64,000 nt of DNA from Candidatus Bathyarchaeia archaeon (GTDB taxonomy: Archaea; Thermoproteota; Bathyarchaeia; Bathyarchaeales; Bathycorpusculaceae): positions 1 through 64,000 of the forward strand of contig JAVZLQ010000002.1 of NCBI GenBank assembly GCA_038883655.1, written 5' to 3'. The position numbers and the translations under genes were made by a program. A model generated the notes under the pieces. That model worked only from the letters and a program-made list of their open reading frames with translations. It was not told the DNA's origin and did no database searches. This document shows, piece by piece, positions 42,005 to 51,959 of the stretch (within the stretch, counting starts at the first letter, position 1; every line of letters starts with the position of its first letter).

Positions 42005-42712
42005 TCACCCCTCAAACGGCGTTTTCAACACTTCCTTAACTTTCGCGGTTATCTTCGATCCAAGGCCATAAACAGTTTTAGACCAATCATCCACGCTTAT
42101 TAAGGCGTTTAACGGCGTCTGATAGGATTTAAGTATTGCTATTGCTTTTTCCCTTCCAATGTTGGGCAAACTTGCAATAAAGTATATTTGGGCATCCGAA
42201 ATTGTTTCGCATCTTTTGGCTGGATGAACCGTTGGAATCCTCTTTTCAACAATCTGTTCTTGGCGGGCTGCAACGTAAAGAAAATCAACAGTTTCCTTGT
42301 GAGAGGTAGTGTTTACTATAGCCACACCGTTCTTTGCAAGATTAAAGAGCGCTCCCCAAACGGACACGGGTTGGATTCTGCTAAACTTGTAAATTATTGG
42401 CAAATAACCCTCCAAAAGAATAAGCGACTTCGGATAAACATCCTTCAAAGTGAAAAGCTGTTCGAAAAGGTAACGATGCGTAAGCGTATAAACAAAGTCC
42501 TGAACAGTTTTCCTTTCAACAGCACACTCATCAGACAAAACGTAGTCACCCTTATCCAACGTTTCAATCCTAACGTTAACGCCCCGCTCCCTAAGCCCCT
42601 TAACAATTTTCGCCGCAGAATTAGCCTCACGGCTATCAACAATAATTGTCGGTTCATGCTCATCGCACTTTTTCTCTTTCAAGTATGGAACCAAACTTTC
42701 AGTCCCTAACAT
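42005..42712 (-). CDS. xpf: Short ERCC4/XPF structure-specific endonuclease
   Basis: IIVDSRE, GDY, VERKT..D and C-terminal HhH2 (LPNIG); no helicase domain. Confidence 0.88.
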   Translation of the reverse strand: MLGTESLVPYLKEKKCDEHEPTIIVDSREANSAAKIVKGLRERGVNVRIETLDKGDYVLSDECAVERKTVQDFVYTLTHRYLFEQLFTLKDVYPKSLILLEGYLPIIYKFSRIQPVSVWGALFNLAKNGVAIVNTTSHKETVDFLYVAARQEQIVEKRIPTVHPAKRCETISDAQIYFIASLPNIGREKAIAILKSYQTPLNALISVDDWSKTVYGLGSKITAKVKEVLKTPFEG

Positions 42713-42824
42713 AAACTCAACTCAATTTGTGTATACTAAACAGAAACTAATAGTTTCTCTTTGATAAAACTTAACTCTGCCAACTCAAAGTTACTGAAAT
42801 ATATAAAAATGAGAGGTGGTGGAG

Positions 42825-44129
42825 TTATGGGCCTTTTTTTGTTATTTCTTTGACCACTCCAGCGGCTATTGTTGTGCCCATGTCTCTAACTGCAAATCGT
42901 CCCAGTTCTGGAAAGTCAGTGTAGGTTTCGATGGCTATTGGGTGAAGAGGCTCCATACGCACTAATGCGGCGTCACCAGTCTTTAGGAAAGACGGCTTTT
43001 CTTCGACAACCTGTCCTGAACGTGGGTCAATCTTTCTAATGAGCTCTGTGAATCTGCATGCCACCTGTCCAGTGTGGTAGTGTAGTACTGGCGTGTAGCC
43101 AGCCGCAATAGCCGTGGGGTGGTAAATCACAATTATTTGTCCAATAAACTCCTTAGCCACTGTTGGTGGATTGCTTACATGTCCACATACGTCTCCGCGG
43201 CGCAGGTCGGTTTTGGCTATGCCCCTAACGTTAAAGCCTATGTTGTCGCCTGGTTCTGCCCTTGGTATGCGCTGGTGGTGCATTTCTATGGACTTAACTT
43301 CGCCTTGCTTGTTGGCTGGCATAAAGATGACCACGTCACCTTCTTTTAGAACGCCAGTTTCAACCCTGCCAACTGGGACTGTGCCGACGCCGGTGATGCT
43401 GTAGACGTCCTGAACTGGAATGCGTAATGGCTTATCTAATGGTTTTGGCGGAACCTCAAAGGTGTCCAAAGCTTCAAGCAGCGTTGGACCTTTGTACCAT
43501 GGCATTTTGTCGCTTTGTTTAACGAGGTTATCTCCAGTCCACCCTGAAGTTGGTACAAACGGGATTTTCTCAACTTTGTAGCCGACCATCCTGAGCATTC
43601 GGCTAACTTCATTTTTAATCTCGTTGTAGCGTTCTTCGCTCCAATTCACAGAAGCGTCGTCCATCTTGTTAACGGCAACAACCAATTGGCGAACACCCAA
43701 AGTGAACGCCAAGAAAGCATGCTCTCTCGTTTGTCCACCAGGACCAATGCCCGCTTCAAATTCGCCTCTTTTCGCTGATACGAAGAGTATGGCACCGTCT
43801 GCTTGGCTTGCACCAGTAATCATGTTTTTAACGAAGTCTCTATGTCCAGGAGCATCGATAACTGTGAAATAGTACTTTTTGGTTTCGAACTTTAGGAATC
43901 GAAGGTCTATTGTTAAGCCCCTCTCCCTTTCTTCCTTAAGGTTGTCAAGGATCCATGCGAACTTGAATGTTTCCTTTCCAAGCTTCCTAGCCTCTTCTTC
44001 ATATTGCTTCACTGTTCTGTCGTCAACGACACCTGCCAAGTACAGCAAGTGCCCAGTCGTTGTTGATTTTCCATGGTCAACGTGTCCCATGATCACTAGG
44101 TTCAAGTGTGGCTTTTCTGGTCTGCTCAT
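42825..44129 (-). CDS. tuf: Translation elongation factor 1-alpha
   Basis: [30 protein letters not shown] and GRFAVRDMG motifs. Confidence 0.98.
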   Translation of the reverse strand: MSRPEKPHLNLVIMGHVDHGKSTTTGHLLYLAGVVDDRTVKQYEEEARKLGKETFKFAWILDNLKEERERGLTIDLRFLKFETKKYYFTVIDAPGHRDFVKNMITGASQADGAILFVSAKRGEFEAGIGPGGQTREHAFLAFTLGVRQLVVAVNKMDDASVNWSEERYNEIKNEVSRMLRMVGYKVEKIPFVPTSGWTGDNLVKQSDKMPWYKGPTLLEALDTFEVPPKPLDKPLRIPVQDVYSITGVGTVPVGRVETGVLKEGDVVIFMPANKQGEVKSIEMHHQRIPRAEPGDNIGFNVRGIAKTDLRRGDVCGHVSNPPTVAKEFIGQIIVIYHPTAIAAGYTPVLHYHTGQVACRFTELIRKIDPRSGQVVEEKPSFLKTGDAALVRMEPLHPIAIETYTDFPELGRFAVRDMGTTIAAGVVKEITKKGP

Positions 44130-44278
44130 CCTCTTTCCTCCGCCATTTACTTTCTAAACCTAAACTTTTTAGTGGATTCGTTTACACAACTGTTTAATCA
44201 ATTATTTAAATATAACCGTTTAGCGGAAATCAGAAAAACTAATATTCAAATCGAGGAAACTTATAAACGGTGTGAAAG

Positions 44279-44593
44279 ATGCCCATAGACCCAGATTTCC
44301 AAAAGAAGCGAATAGTTGTAAATCAGCATCAGGGACATAACGTTTGGGGACCGGTTGAACCGCCGACGAAGCTTGGCATACATGGAACAAACGTGGCTGT
44401 TGACTGGGACATATGTACGGGAGATGGTGTATGCATAGAAGTTTGTCCAGTAAGCGTCTTCGATTGGGCTGATGCTCCTGGACATCCAACATCTGAAAAG
44501 AAGTCTGATCCTGTGCGTGAAAAGGATTGCATCCAATGTCTCGCATGTGAAACGCAGTGTCCAACTCAAGCCATAAAAATAACCCCACCATAA
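44279..44593 (+). CDS. zfx: Zinc-containing 7Fe ferredoxin
   Basis: N-terminal HxxH...GIHG extension, CxxDxxCxxxCP, KKSDP and CxxCxxCxxxCP, matching the Sulfolobus Zfx architecture. Confidence 0.88.
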   Translation: MPIDPDFQKKRIVVNQHQGHNVWGPVEPPTKLGIHGTNVAVDWDICTGDGVCIEVCPVSVFDWADAPGHPTSEKKSDPVREKDCIQCLACETQCPTQAIKITPP

Positions 44594-44674
44594 AACAGCG
44601 AATTTAATATATTCCCATTTCTTCCATGTATGTTACCAAAAAATAGGGATAGGCGAGTTGGATTAGACTCAAAT

Positions 44675-45295
44675 TTAGCGTAAAGTTTCTTCGAGTCTTT
44701 TGTTTACAGCATCCCAGTTTACAATGTTCCAGAAAGCCTCAACAAACTTTGCCCTCTCATTCTTATAGTCTATGTAGTAGGCATGCTCAAAGACATCCAA
44801 GACCATTAAAATTCTAAACATGGGGTAAACGTTCATGTTATGCTTCTCTATCTGCATAATTATTGGTCTACCTGTCTGCTTACAGAAAGCCAGCGCCGCC
44901 CATCCAGAGCCTTCAACGCTAACAGCCGCTTGCGTAAATTCCTTCCTAAACCTTTCAAAACTTTTGAACTCCTTCTCAATCGCGTCTCCTATAATGCCTC
45001 CTGGTTTTCCGCCCCCCTCGCTTGCTGGAGCCAAGTTCTCCCAGAAAAGCGAGTGCAACAAATGTCCGCCAATGTTAAAAGATAACTCTTTTAACGTGGC
45101 TTTCATGTCTAAATCAATGTTTTCCTTTCTTGCGTTGTCAAGTTTTTGAAGTATGGCGTTGGCACCATTAACATATGCTTGATGATGTTTGCTGTGGTGT
45201 ATGCGTAACTGTTCTTCTGACATGTGTGGCATCAAGTCTCCGTATGCATAGGATAGTTTTGGCAAAACGTAAAACCTGTTCTGTTCCATACGCAT
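44675..45295 (-). CDS. sod: Fe/Mn superoxide dismutase
   Basis: [22 protein letters not shown] and DVFEHAYY motifs. Confidence 0.96.
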   Translation of the reverse strand: MRMEQNRFYVLPKLSYAYGDLMPHMSEEQLRIHHSKHHQAYVNGANAILQKLDNARKENIDLDMKATLKELSFNIGGHLLHSLFWENLAPASEGGGKPGGIIGDAIEKEFKSFERFRKEFTQAAVSVEGSGWAALAFCKQTGRPIIMQIEKHNMNVYPMFRILMVLDVFEHAYYIDYKNERAKFVEAFWNIVNWDAVNKRLEETLR

Positions 45296-45355
45296 CCACG
45301 CAATAACATCTCGTTTTACCTGTTATATATCTTTGCCAACTCCGCAGCAACCATT

Positions 45356-45640
45356 TCAGCGTCTGGTTAGCTCTTCCACTTCTTTCTTGCCCTTTTCTAA
45401 CTCTTCCACTTGTTCCTTGTCAAGTCTCAAGAGCAATGCTTGAAACTCTCCGAAATGTGTTTTCTCCTCTCTGGCAATTTCTAAAAACACTTCCTTTAAG
45501 TCCTCATTTTCGGTTGAGGCAGCTAACTGTTCGTAAAGGTTTATTGCATCCAACTCCGCAATTATGCCAACGCGCAACGTCTCCAAGTCGACTTCACGTT
45601 TACTCAATTTCGAAATTGATGACGGAATTGTTGACAACAT
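45356..45640 (-). CDS. Encapsulated-ferritin-like (Flp/EncFtn-type) two-helix protein
   Basis: AELDAINLYEQ...EIAREEKTH.GE ferroxidase-type motifs in a 94 aa protein. Confidence 0.85.
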   Translation of the reverse strand: MLSTIPSSISKLSKREVDLETLRVGIIAELDAINLYEQLAASTENEDLKEVFLEIAREEKTHFGEFQALLLRLDKEQVEELEKGKKEVEELTRR

Positions 45641-45719
45641 GTCGGTCTAACACCTCCCTTTCTTCTTAATATGATGCGCATATCTTAAATAGGCATGCTC
45701 ATAAAACTTTACATCAACA

Positions 45720-45893
45720 ATGGTGAAGACTTTGGAAAAGTGGGAGTGCACAATATGCGGTTACATTTACGACCCGGAGGTTGGCGATGAAGAGCATGGA
45801 ATACCGCCTGGAACACCATTTGAAAAGCTTCCAGAAGATTGGGTTTGCCCAATTTGCGGAGCACCGAAAGACCAGTTTTCAAAAAAGGCATAG
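45720..45893 (+). CDS. rub: Rubredoxin
   Basis: Below ORF-track cutoff. Manual translation [57 protein letters not shown]. Confidence 0.96.
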   Translation: MVKTLEKWECTICGYIYDPEVGDEEHGIPPGTPFEKLPEDWVCPICGAPKDQFSKKA

Positions 45894-45962
45894 TAGAAAC
45901 TTTTTATCTAGCTAAATCCAACATTCATATGCGAGTCGAAGGTGTTTTGTGAAGGTTTAACC

Positions 45963-48056
45963 ATGCCGATTACAAAGATAAGGAAAAGGGATGGAAAACT
46001 CGCGGATTTTGACCCTGACAGGATTAAGGATGCCGTTCACAAGGCTTTTATTGCCGTTGAGTTGGGAGACGGTGAAAAGGCGGAAGCTATAACGAGGGAA
46101 GTTGTCAAAATTTTAGAGGAAAAATTTAGGGAGAAGATCCCATCCGTCGAAGATGCGCAAGACGCGGTTATCGAAGTTTTGAGAAGAAGCGGCTATGAAA
46201 GGGTTGCGGAAGAATATAAAGCCTATAGGGAAAAGAAGGACGAAATTAGAAGTTTAAGGCAAACACTTGGCATACCCGAACCAAAACTAACAGTTAACGC
46301 GCTAGAAGTTTTGAACAGAAGGTATCTCCTAAAAGACGAGGCTGAAAAAATCATTGAAACTCCAAGCCAAATGTTCATGAGAGTAGCAAAAGCCATAGCA
46401 AAAGTTGATAAAGAATACGGCGAAAGTCCGAAAGAAAGCGAAAAAATTTTTTATGGGATGATGGCGCGACTCGAGTTTATACCCAACTCTCCAACACTTT
46501 TCAACGCGGGAACAGAATTAGGTCAGCTTTCTGCATGCTTCGTCTTACCAGTTGAAGATTCTTTAGAGAGTATTTTCACGGCTGTTAAAAACATGGCTTT
46601 AATCGAAAAAAGTGGTGGAGGTGTGGGATTCGACTTCTCCAAGCTTAGGCCAAACGGGGACATTGTGAGGTCAACGAAGGGCGTTGCGTCTGGTCCAGTA
46701 AGTTTCATGAGGGTTTTTGACACAGCTACGGAAGTGATTAAGGCTGGTGGAAAACGTAGAGGCGCCATGATGGGAATTTTGCGTGTTGACCACCCAGACA
46801 TTGTTGAGTTCATCACTTCAAAGCAGAAGCCTGGCTTTCTCTCAAACTTTAATATTTCAGTTGCGGTTACAGACGAGTTCATGAGCAACGTGGAGAATGA
46901 TGAGGAGTATTGGCTCGTAAACCCCAGAAACAGGGAAAGAGTGAAGAAGCTTAAAGCCAGAAATATTTGGAATTTGATGGCAGAATCGGCATGGGCAAGC
47001 GGAGATCCTGGCGTGATATTCATAGACGAGATTAATAGGCATAATCCAACGCCAGAGGTGGGCAAAATAGAAGCCACAAATCCGTGTGGTGAGCAACCGC
47101 TCTTGCCTTACGAATCATGTAATTTGGGTTCCATTAATCTTTCAAGGATGGTTGTGAACGGCAAAGTGGATTGGGATAAGCTTAGAGAGACCGTGCGGAA
47201 TGCTGTTCACTTTCTTGATAATGTTATTGATGCGAATAAGTATCCTTTGAAGGAGATAGAAGTCATCACAAGGGCTAATAGGAAGATAGGTTTGGGCGTT
47301 ATGGGTTTTGCCGACATGCTAATTAAGCTTGGGATTCGCTATGATTCTGAAGAAGCCTTACAGCTTGCTGAAAAACTTATGAAGTTCATCGACGAGGAAG
47401 CGCACAAAAAGTCTATGGAGATTGCTGAGGAACGCGGCTCTTTTCCAAACTTTGAGAAAAGCATTTGGAAAGATAGGTATAAGGCTATGCGCAATGCCAC
47501 TGTAACAACAATAGCGCCGACTGGAAGCATAAGCATAATTGCTGGGTGCTCTTCTGGAATTGAACCAATATTTGCAATCTCGTTCATAAGAAACGTGCTT
47601 GGTGGAACAAGGCTTTTTGAGACTAACCCGCTTTTTGAGTTGGTGGCAAAAGAAAGAGGCTTTTACAGTGCCAAACTTCTGGAGGAAATTGCTAAAACTG
47701 GTTCTGTACAGAAAATTGACAGTGTTCCAGAGGATGTTAAGAGGATATTTGTCACAGCGTTAGATATTGCTCCAGAATGGCACGTAAGGATGCAAGCAGC
47801 TTTCCAGAAGTATACTGATAATGCTGTTTCAAAAACTGTTAACATGCCAACAAACGCGACGGTTGAAGATGTTAAAAGGGTTTACGAGCTGGCTTGGAGA
47901 CTGAAATGCAAAGGTATAACGGTATTCCGTTATGGAAGTAAGCCGGAACAAGTGTTGTACATAGGCGAGGTCAAAGCAAAAGAAGCGAAGTTTGTGGCTG
48001 CTGAGTCTGAATACGCTGGTGGATGTCCAACAAAAACTTGTCCGTTTCCAGGCTAG
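45963..48056 (+). CDS. nrdJ: Class II (adenosylcobalamin-dependent) ribonucleotide reductase with ATP cone
   Basis: ATP cone (KRDG...FD..RI), PNSPTL, LSACFV, TNPCGEQ and TIAPTG motifs; C-terminal Cys pair; no intein. Confidence 0.93.
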   Translation: MPITKIRKRDGKLADFDPDRIKDAVHKAFIAVELGDGEKAEAITREVVKILEEKFREKIPSVEDAQDAVIEVLRRSGYERVAEEYKAYREKKDEIRSLRQTLGIPEPKLTVNALEVLNRRYLLKDEAEKIIETPSQMFMRVAKAIAKVDKEYGESPKESEKIFYGMMARLEFIPNSPTLFNAGTELGQLSACFVLPVEDSLESIFTAVKNMALIEKSGGGVGFDFSKLRPNGDIVRSTKGVASGPVSFMRVFDTATEVIKAGGKRRGAMMGILRVDHPDIVEFITSKQKPGFLSNFNISVAVTDEFMSNVENDEEYWLVNPRNRERVKKLKARNIWNLMAESAWASGDPGVIFIDEINRHNPTPEVGKIEATNPCGEQPLLPYESCNLGSINLSRMVVNGKVDWDKLRETVRNAVHFLDNVIDANKYPLKEIEVITRANRKIGLGVMGFADMLIKLGIRYDSEEALQLAEKLMKFIDEEAHKKSMEIAEERGSFPNFEKSIWKDRYKAMRNATVTTIAPTGSISIIAGCSSGIEPIFAISFIRNVLGGTRLFETNPLFELVAKERGFYSAKLLEEIAKTGSVQKIDSVPEDVKRIFVTALDIAPEWHVRMQAAFQKYTDNAVSKTVNMPTNATVEDVKRVYELAWRLKCKGITVFRYGSKPEQVLYIGEVKAKEAKFVAAESEYAGGCPTKTCPFPG

Positions 48057-48067
48057 AGTGAGGCACC

Positions 48068-48382
48068 CTATTTTTGTATTTGTATTTCTCTGTTCTCTAT
48101 TATGGCTTTGACGATTTTCTCTCTTGCGCTTTCAACTAGACGCCAAACAGTGTTCCGTGAAACACCCATTTTTGCTCCCGCTTCTTCAAAAGAAAATCTC
48201 TCTAGGTCTATCAGTCTTAAGGCTTCAACTTCAGCCAAGTCCAACGTTATTGGATCCGCGTTTCCAAGTGGCGTTGGAACAAGTTTTTGAGTTGTAAATG
48301 TCGACGTGATTGTTATTGGTTTTGGTGGTCTTCCAACGCGTCCACATCGGCGTCTTCTTCTATGACAGCAATAGTAGTTCAT
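48068..48382 (-). CDS. DUF134-family HTH DNA-binding protein
   Basis: GRPPK, EVEALRL.D, EEAG..MGVSR.TVWR and AREK motifs. Confidence 0.9.
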   Translation of the reverse strand: MNYYCCHRRRRRCGRVGRPPKPITITSTFTTQKLVPTPLGNADPITLDLAEVEALRLIDLERFSFEEAGAKMGVSRNTVWRLVESAREKIVKAIIENREIQIQK

Positions 48383-48387
48383 AATTA

Positions 48388-48446
48388 TTGTGATACATCA
48401 CAAAACTTTAATAGCTTTCCCCACATTATGTGATATATCACATAAT
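48388..48446. promoter_or_regulatory. Two TGTGA-TAYA-TCACA palindromic operators
   Basis: TTGTGATACATCACAA (48388-48403) and perfect 22-bp ATTATGTGATATATCACATAAT (48425-48446) flank a TTTAATA box. Confidence 0.75.
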
Positions 48447-48461
48447 AGAGGTGATACAACC

Positions 48462-48686
48462 ATGAGATGGCGTTACACACCAAGAGGATGGTGGTGCCCA
48501 AGACATCCATGGCCTCCAGCATGGGCTAGAGCCTACGCTTATCCACCGACATACTATCCATACGCAGCCGAGCCCCAAGAAGAAATCAAAATGCTAGAGG
48601 ACATGAAAAGAGACTTGGAGTTCGAGTTGTCAGAAATAAACAAGAGAATTGAGGAACTAAAAAGGCTGATTCAAGAAAAGAAATGA
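48462..48686 (+). CDS. DUF5320-like small protein (aromatic/Pro-rich N-terminus plus coiled coil)
   Basis: ATG after GAGGTGA RBS; EEIKMLE...I.KRIEEL coiled coil; position between DUF134 and a NifB/NifX gene fits the family. Confidence 0.7.
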   Translation: MRWRYTPRGWWCPRHPWPPAWARAYAYPPTYYPYAAEPQEEIKMLEDMKRDLEFELSEINKRIEELKRLIQEKK

Positions 48687-48687
48687 T

Positions 48688-49043
48688 GTGAGTATAACAG
48701 CAAAAGCCGAACATTTGCGTGTGGCAGTTGCAACAGAAGGCGACAAAGGCATTGAAGATAAAATCTCACATGGACTCGCAGCAAGACATTTACAATTCTA
48801 GACATTGAAAATGGCGAAATTAAAAAAGTAGAGATAATACAAAACCTTGCAGAATCAGCTAACCACGGCAAAGGTCCAATTTTAGCAAGACACTTGGCAA
48901 ACATTAATGTGGAAGCGGTTATTGCAAGTGAAGTTGATCCTGGAGCTTTGGCAATGCTTAACGTGTACGGAATTAGAGTGTTAAGGGCGACCTACGGTGA
49001 GATTGTTTTGGAAGCTTTGAGGGGCAGCTCACTGATAAGGTAA
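48688..49043 (+). pseudogene. Frameshifted NifB/NifX (FeMo-co-binding-like) family gene
   Basis: Frame A gives LRVAVATEGDKGIEDKISH then stops at 48801. From 48777 another frame gives RSKTFTILDIENGEIKKVEII.N...HGKG...VEAVIA...GIRV to TAA 49043. Confidence 0.8.
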
Positions 49044-49054
49044 GTTGCTTTAGT

Positions 49055-49471
49055 CTATTGCTCAATTTTGATGTTGTAGCTTGTTTTGACTCCAGCTTTT
49101 TCGAAGAGTTTTCCTACGGGACAGTTTTCCAGCGTTAGTTTGAAGATTTTTTGGATTTGCTCGTTTGTGGCTTCTGCCCTAACGGTAATGTTGAAGCTTG
49201 CTTCTGTTACTGTTCCAGCCTCCTCCGATTTAATTGCTTCAGTTTTCACTTCCAAATCTTTCAGTTGAACACGCATTTTCTTCGCCATCAAAGCAAATAT
49301 TGTTGCAAAACACCCAGCATAACTCATTACACCAAGCTCAAGCGCAGTTGGTCCCATATCCGTTCCGAGTTCTGGCGGAAGGTCTAGGCATACGCTGTGA
49401 GCTCTGCCATCGTCAACGGCTATTCGCAAGTCCTTAACCAGCTTTGCGTTTGCATAAAGTTTCTGCGTCAA
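49055..49471 (-). CDS. OsmC-family protein
   Basis: GPTALEL...AGC and NCPV motifs. Confidence 0.88.
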   Translation of the reverse strand: MTQKLYANAKLVKDLRIAVDDGRAHSVCLDLPPELGTDMGPTALELGVMSYAGCFATIFALMAKKMRVQLKDLEVKTEAIKSEEAGTVTEASFNITVRAEATNEQIQKIFKLTLENCPVGKLFEKAGVKTSYNIKIEQ

Positions 49472-49504
49472 AAATTTTCACCTCAAAATTTAGATAACTT
49501 CGAC

Positions 49505-50158
49505 CTACGGGAGTTTTTTCTTGCATAGGAACCAGTCTACGCATTCGTAGCCCTCTTGTAAGCGTTTTTCAGCTGCCTCCTGCGTTGTCGGCGGCGGAAC
49601 AATCACTGCGTCTCCTGGACGCCAGTTTGCTGGTAAAGCCACTTTATGCTTGTCGGCTGTTTGCAATGCATCAATAACTCTTAGGATTTCGTCCATGTTT
49701 CTTCCGACGTTCAAGGGATAGTATATCATTGCTCGTAGCTTCATTTCTGGGTCGATGAAGAATACTGCGCGTACCGCGGCTGTGCTGCTCATGCCTGGAT
49801 GTATCATGCCGAAGAGGTTCGCCACTTTCATGTCCAAGTCTGCAATTATTGGGAATGGAATTTCCACGCCGAGCTTTTCCTTTATCCTCCTCACCCATGC
49901 TATGTGGGAGTAGACGCTATCTATGCTTAAGCCTATTAATTGGACGTTCCGCTTTACAAGTTCATTGTAAATTTGTGCGAACGCAACAAACTCTGTTGTG
50001 CAGACTGGCGTGAAATCTGCTGGGTGCGAGAAAAGAATAACCCATTTTCCCTTAAAATCCGAGAGTTTTATAACGCCGTGTGTTGTCACTGCCTCAAAGT
50101 CTGGAACTGGCTCGCCAAGCCCCAACATCTTCATTTTCGCTTCAACTTTTTCCTCCAT
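49505..50158 (-). CDS. Peroxiredoxin (archaeal Prx6 type)
   Basis: [18 protein letters not shown] and C-terminal CVDWFLC motifs. Confidence 0.95.
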   Translation of the reverse strand: MEEKVEAKMKMLGLGEPVPDFEAVTTHGVIKLSDFKGKWVILFSHPADFTPVCTTEFVAFAQIYNELVKRNVQLIGLSIDSVYSHIAWVRRIKEKLGVEIPFPIIADLDMKVANLFGMIHPGMSSTAAVRAVFFIDPEMKLRAMIYYPLNVGRNMDEILRVIDALQTADKHKVALPANWRPGDAVIVPPPTTQEAAEKRLQEGYECVDWFLCKKKLP

Positions 50159-50197
50159 ACTTTATCACCTCACTACAAATTATATCTGTAGGCATAT

Positions 50198-50701
50198 CTA
50201 GAATTTTCTGAACTTTTCCTTTGGAGCGCCACACACTGGGCATCGGCTTGGCGCCTCACCTTCAACAGTGTAGCCGCACATGTCGCAGATGTAAATAGCG
50301 CCAATCTTCAAGTCCTTATTGTTTTCCACAGCTTGTTTTGCCTTCTGGTACATGCCAGCGTGAACTTTCTCAGCTTGAAGCGCCCAGTTAGTTGTTCTCT
50401 CTGCTCCTTTCTCTTCTTGGAGTTTAGCAACAGCGTTGAATGAAGGATACATTTCATTCACTTCGTAGGTTTCGCCGTCTATGGCTGTCTGCAGATTTTC
50501 TGCTGTGCCGCGAATCATGCCCAAAACATTGTAATGGTTTGCAGCGTGAACTTGCTCAGCGTAGGCTATTGCCCTGAAAAGTCTAGCGACGTTCGGAAAG
50601 CCTTCCTCTTCAGCCTTCTTTGCAAAGATTAAATAGTGCATGTGCGCTTGGCTTTCACCTGAAAATGCAGTTTTCAAATTTTCTTCGGTCATCTTTCTCA
50701 T
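50198..50701 (-). CDS. rbr: Rubrerythrin
   Basis: AFSGESQA, EQVHA, GETYE and EKVH motifs plus a C-terminal CxxC...CPVC rubredoxin domain. Confidence 0.95.
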   Translation of the reverse strand: MRKMTEENLKTAFSGESQAHMHYLIFAKKAEEEGFPNVARLFRAIAYAEQVHAANHYNVLGMIRGTAENLQTAIDGETYEVNEMYPSFNAVAKLQEEKGAERTTNWALQAEKVHAGMYQKAKQAVENNKDLKIGAIYICDMCGYTVEGEAPSRCPVCGAPKEKFRKF

Positions 50702-50781
50702 AGCTTATTTCACTCACCATCCTATTTTTTGCCTAAATTTTACGATAAACTTATAAGATTGTCTGAACTTAAAAAGTTTAT

Positions 50782-50827
50782 GTACGAAAATCGGACAAAA
50801 ACTTATGAAAAAATATGAAAATCGCAT
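50782..50827. promoter_or_regulatory. Ptr2-like Lrp binding sites between divergent rbr and lrp genes
   Basis: GTACGAAAATCGGAC (50782-50796) and a weaker ATATGAAAATCGCAT copy 31 bp downstream. Confidence 0.55.
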
Positions 50828-50844
50828 CAAAAGAGGAATAATGC

Positions 50845-51273
50845 ATGATCGATAAACTTGACATGAAAATTCTCCAAATACTCGAGGAAGACGCCAGCAT
50901 ACCATACACTGAAATAGCGCGTAGACTTAGGCTTAACGAGTCAACTGTCCGGAAGCGAGTGGCAGCGCTAAAACAGGCGGGGGTAATAAGAAAGTTTACG
51001 GTGATAATTGAACCCACAAAAATGGGTTTGAACACCGTGGCAATAATAGGCATTGACGTTGACCCGCCAAAACTCTTGGAGGTTGCGCAAAAACTCTGCG
51101 AAATATCAGAAACAAGGTACGTGGCGACATCCACTGGCGACCACATGATAATGACTGAAATATGGACTAGGGATGGAAAGGAACTATCAAAAATAATTTC
51201 AGAGAAGATTGGAACCATCGAAGGTGTGAAGAAAATTTGTCCTTCGATAATACTGGAAAAGCTAAAAGTTTGA
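50845..51273 (+). CDS. Lrp/AsnC regulator, LrpA/Ptr2-like
   Basis: ESTVRKRV HTH and GDHMIM.EIW..DG.EL..IIS.KIG.IEGV.K.CP.IILEKLK, resembling Pyrococcus LrpA. Confidence 0.9.
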   Translation: MIDKLDMKILQILEEDASIPYTEIARRLRLNESTVRKRVAALKQAGVIRKFTVIIEPTKMGLNTVAIIGIDVDPPKLLEVAQKLCEISETRYVATSTGDHMIMTEIWTRDGKELSKIISEKIGTIEGVKKICPSIILEKLKV

Positions 51274-51300
51274 AACAATAAATAACTGGTGTGAAAGCCT

Positions 51301-51945
51301 ATGAACCTAATACCAGAAGAGCATAAAGGGCATATCAAAAGCGAATTTGAAGAGAAGTTGGAAAAAACAGTAAGAATCGTCATGTTCACACAAGAGGTGG
51401 AATGTCAATACTGCGCCCAAACCAGACAACTGCTAAACGAAATTGCAGCTTTAAGCGACAAAATAAATTTAGAGGTTTATGATTTTGTGGCGGATGCCGA
51501 AAAGGCTAAGGAGTACGGCGTTGACAAGGTTCCAGCAATAGCTATTATAGGCGAAAAGGATTATGGCGTAAGATTTTACGGGCTTCCCTATGGTTATGAA
51601 CTGCAAACCTTGCTTGAGGGAATAATAGCCGTTTCAAAGGCGAAAACAGACCTTCCAGACGAGATAAAAACGCGGCTAAAAGAGATTAAGGCGCCAGTTC
51701 ACATTCAAGTGTTCGTAACGCTAACGTGCCCATATTGTCCTATAGTTGCAAGCCTCGCCCACAAATTCGCCGTAGAAAGCGATTTGATAAGGGCGGATGT
51801 CATAGAAGTCGGCGAGTTTCCACATTTAGGCTTCAAATACGGCGTTCTGGGAGTGCCAAAAACTGTTATCAACGAAAAAGTGGAGTTTGTGGGCGCTCTT
51901 CCAGAAGATCTGTTCCTCGAACACATAATATTGGCCGCGGTCTAA
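51301..51945 (+). CDS. pdo: Protein disulfide oxidoreductase (two thioredoxin folds)
   Basis: CQYC and CPYC active sites and GVPKT motif. Confidence 0.92.
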   Translation: MNLIPEEHKGHIKSEFEEKLEKTVRIVMFTQEVECQYCAQTRQLLNEIAALSDKINLEVYDFVADAEKAKEYGVDKVPAIAIIGEKDYGVRFYGLPYGYELQTLLEGIIAVSKAKTDLPDEIKTRLKEIKAPVHIQVFVTLTCPYCPIVASLAHKFAVESDLIRADVIEVGEFPHLGFKYGVLGVPKTVINEKVEFVGALPEDLFLEHIILAAV

Positions 51946-51959
51946 AAGCGCATGGCAAA

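Noticed and set aside
45709-45891. 60 aa minus-strand ORF
   Set aside because: Antisense shadow of the rubredoxin gene.
48671-48904. 77 aa minus-strand ORF
   Set aside because: Antisense to the frameshifted NifB/NifX gene.
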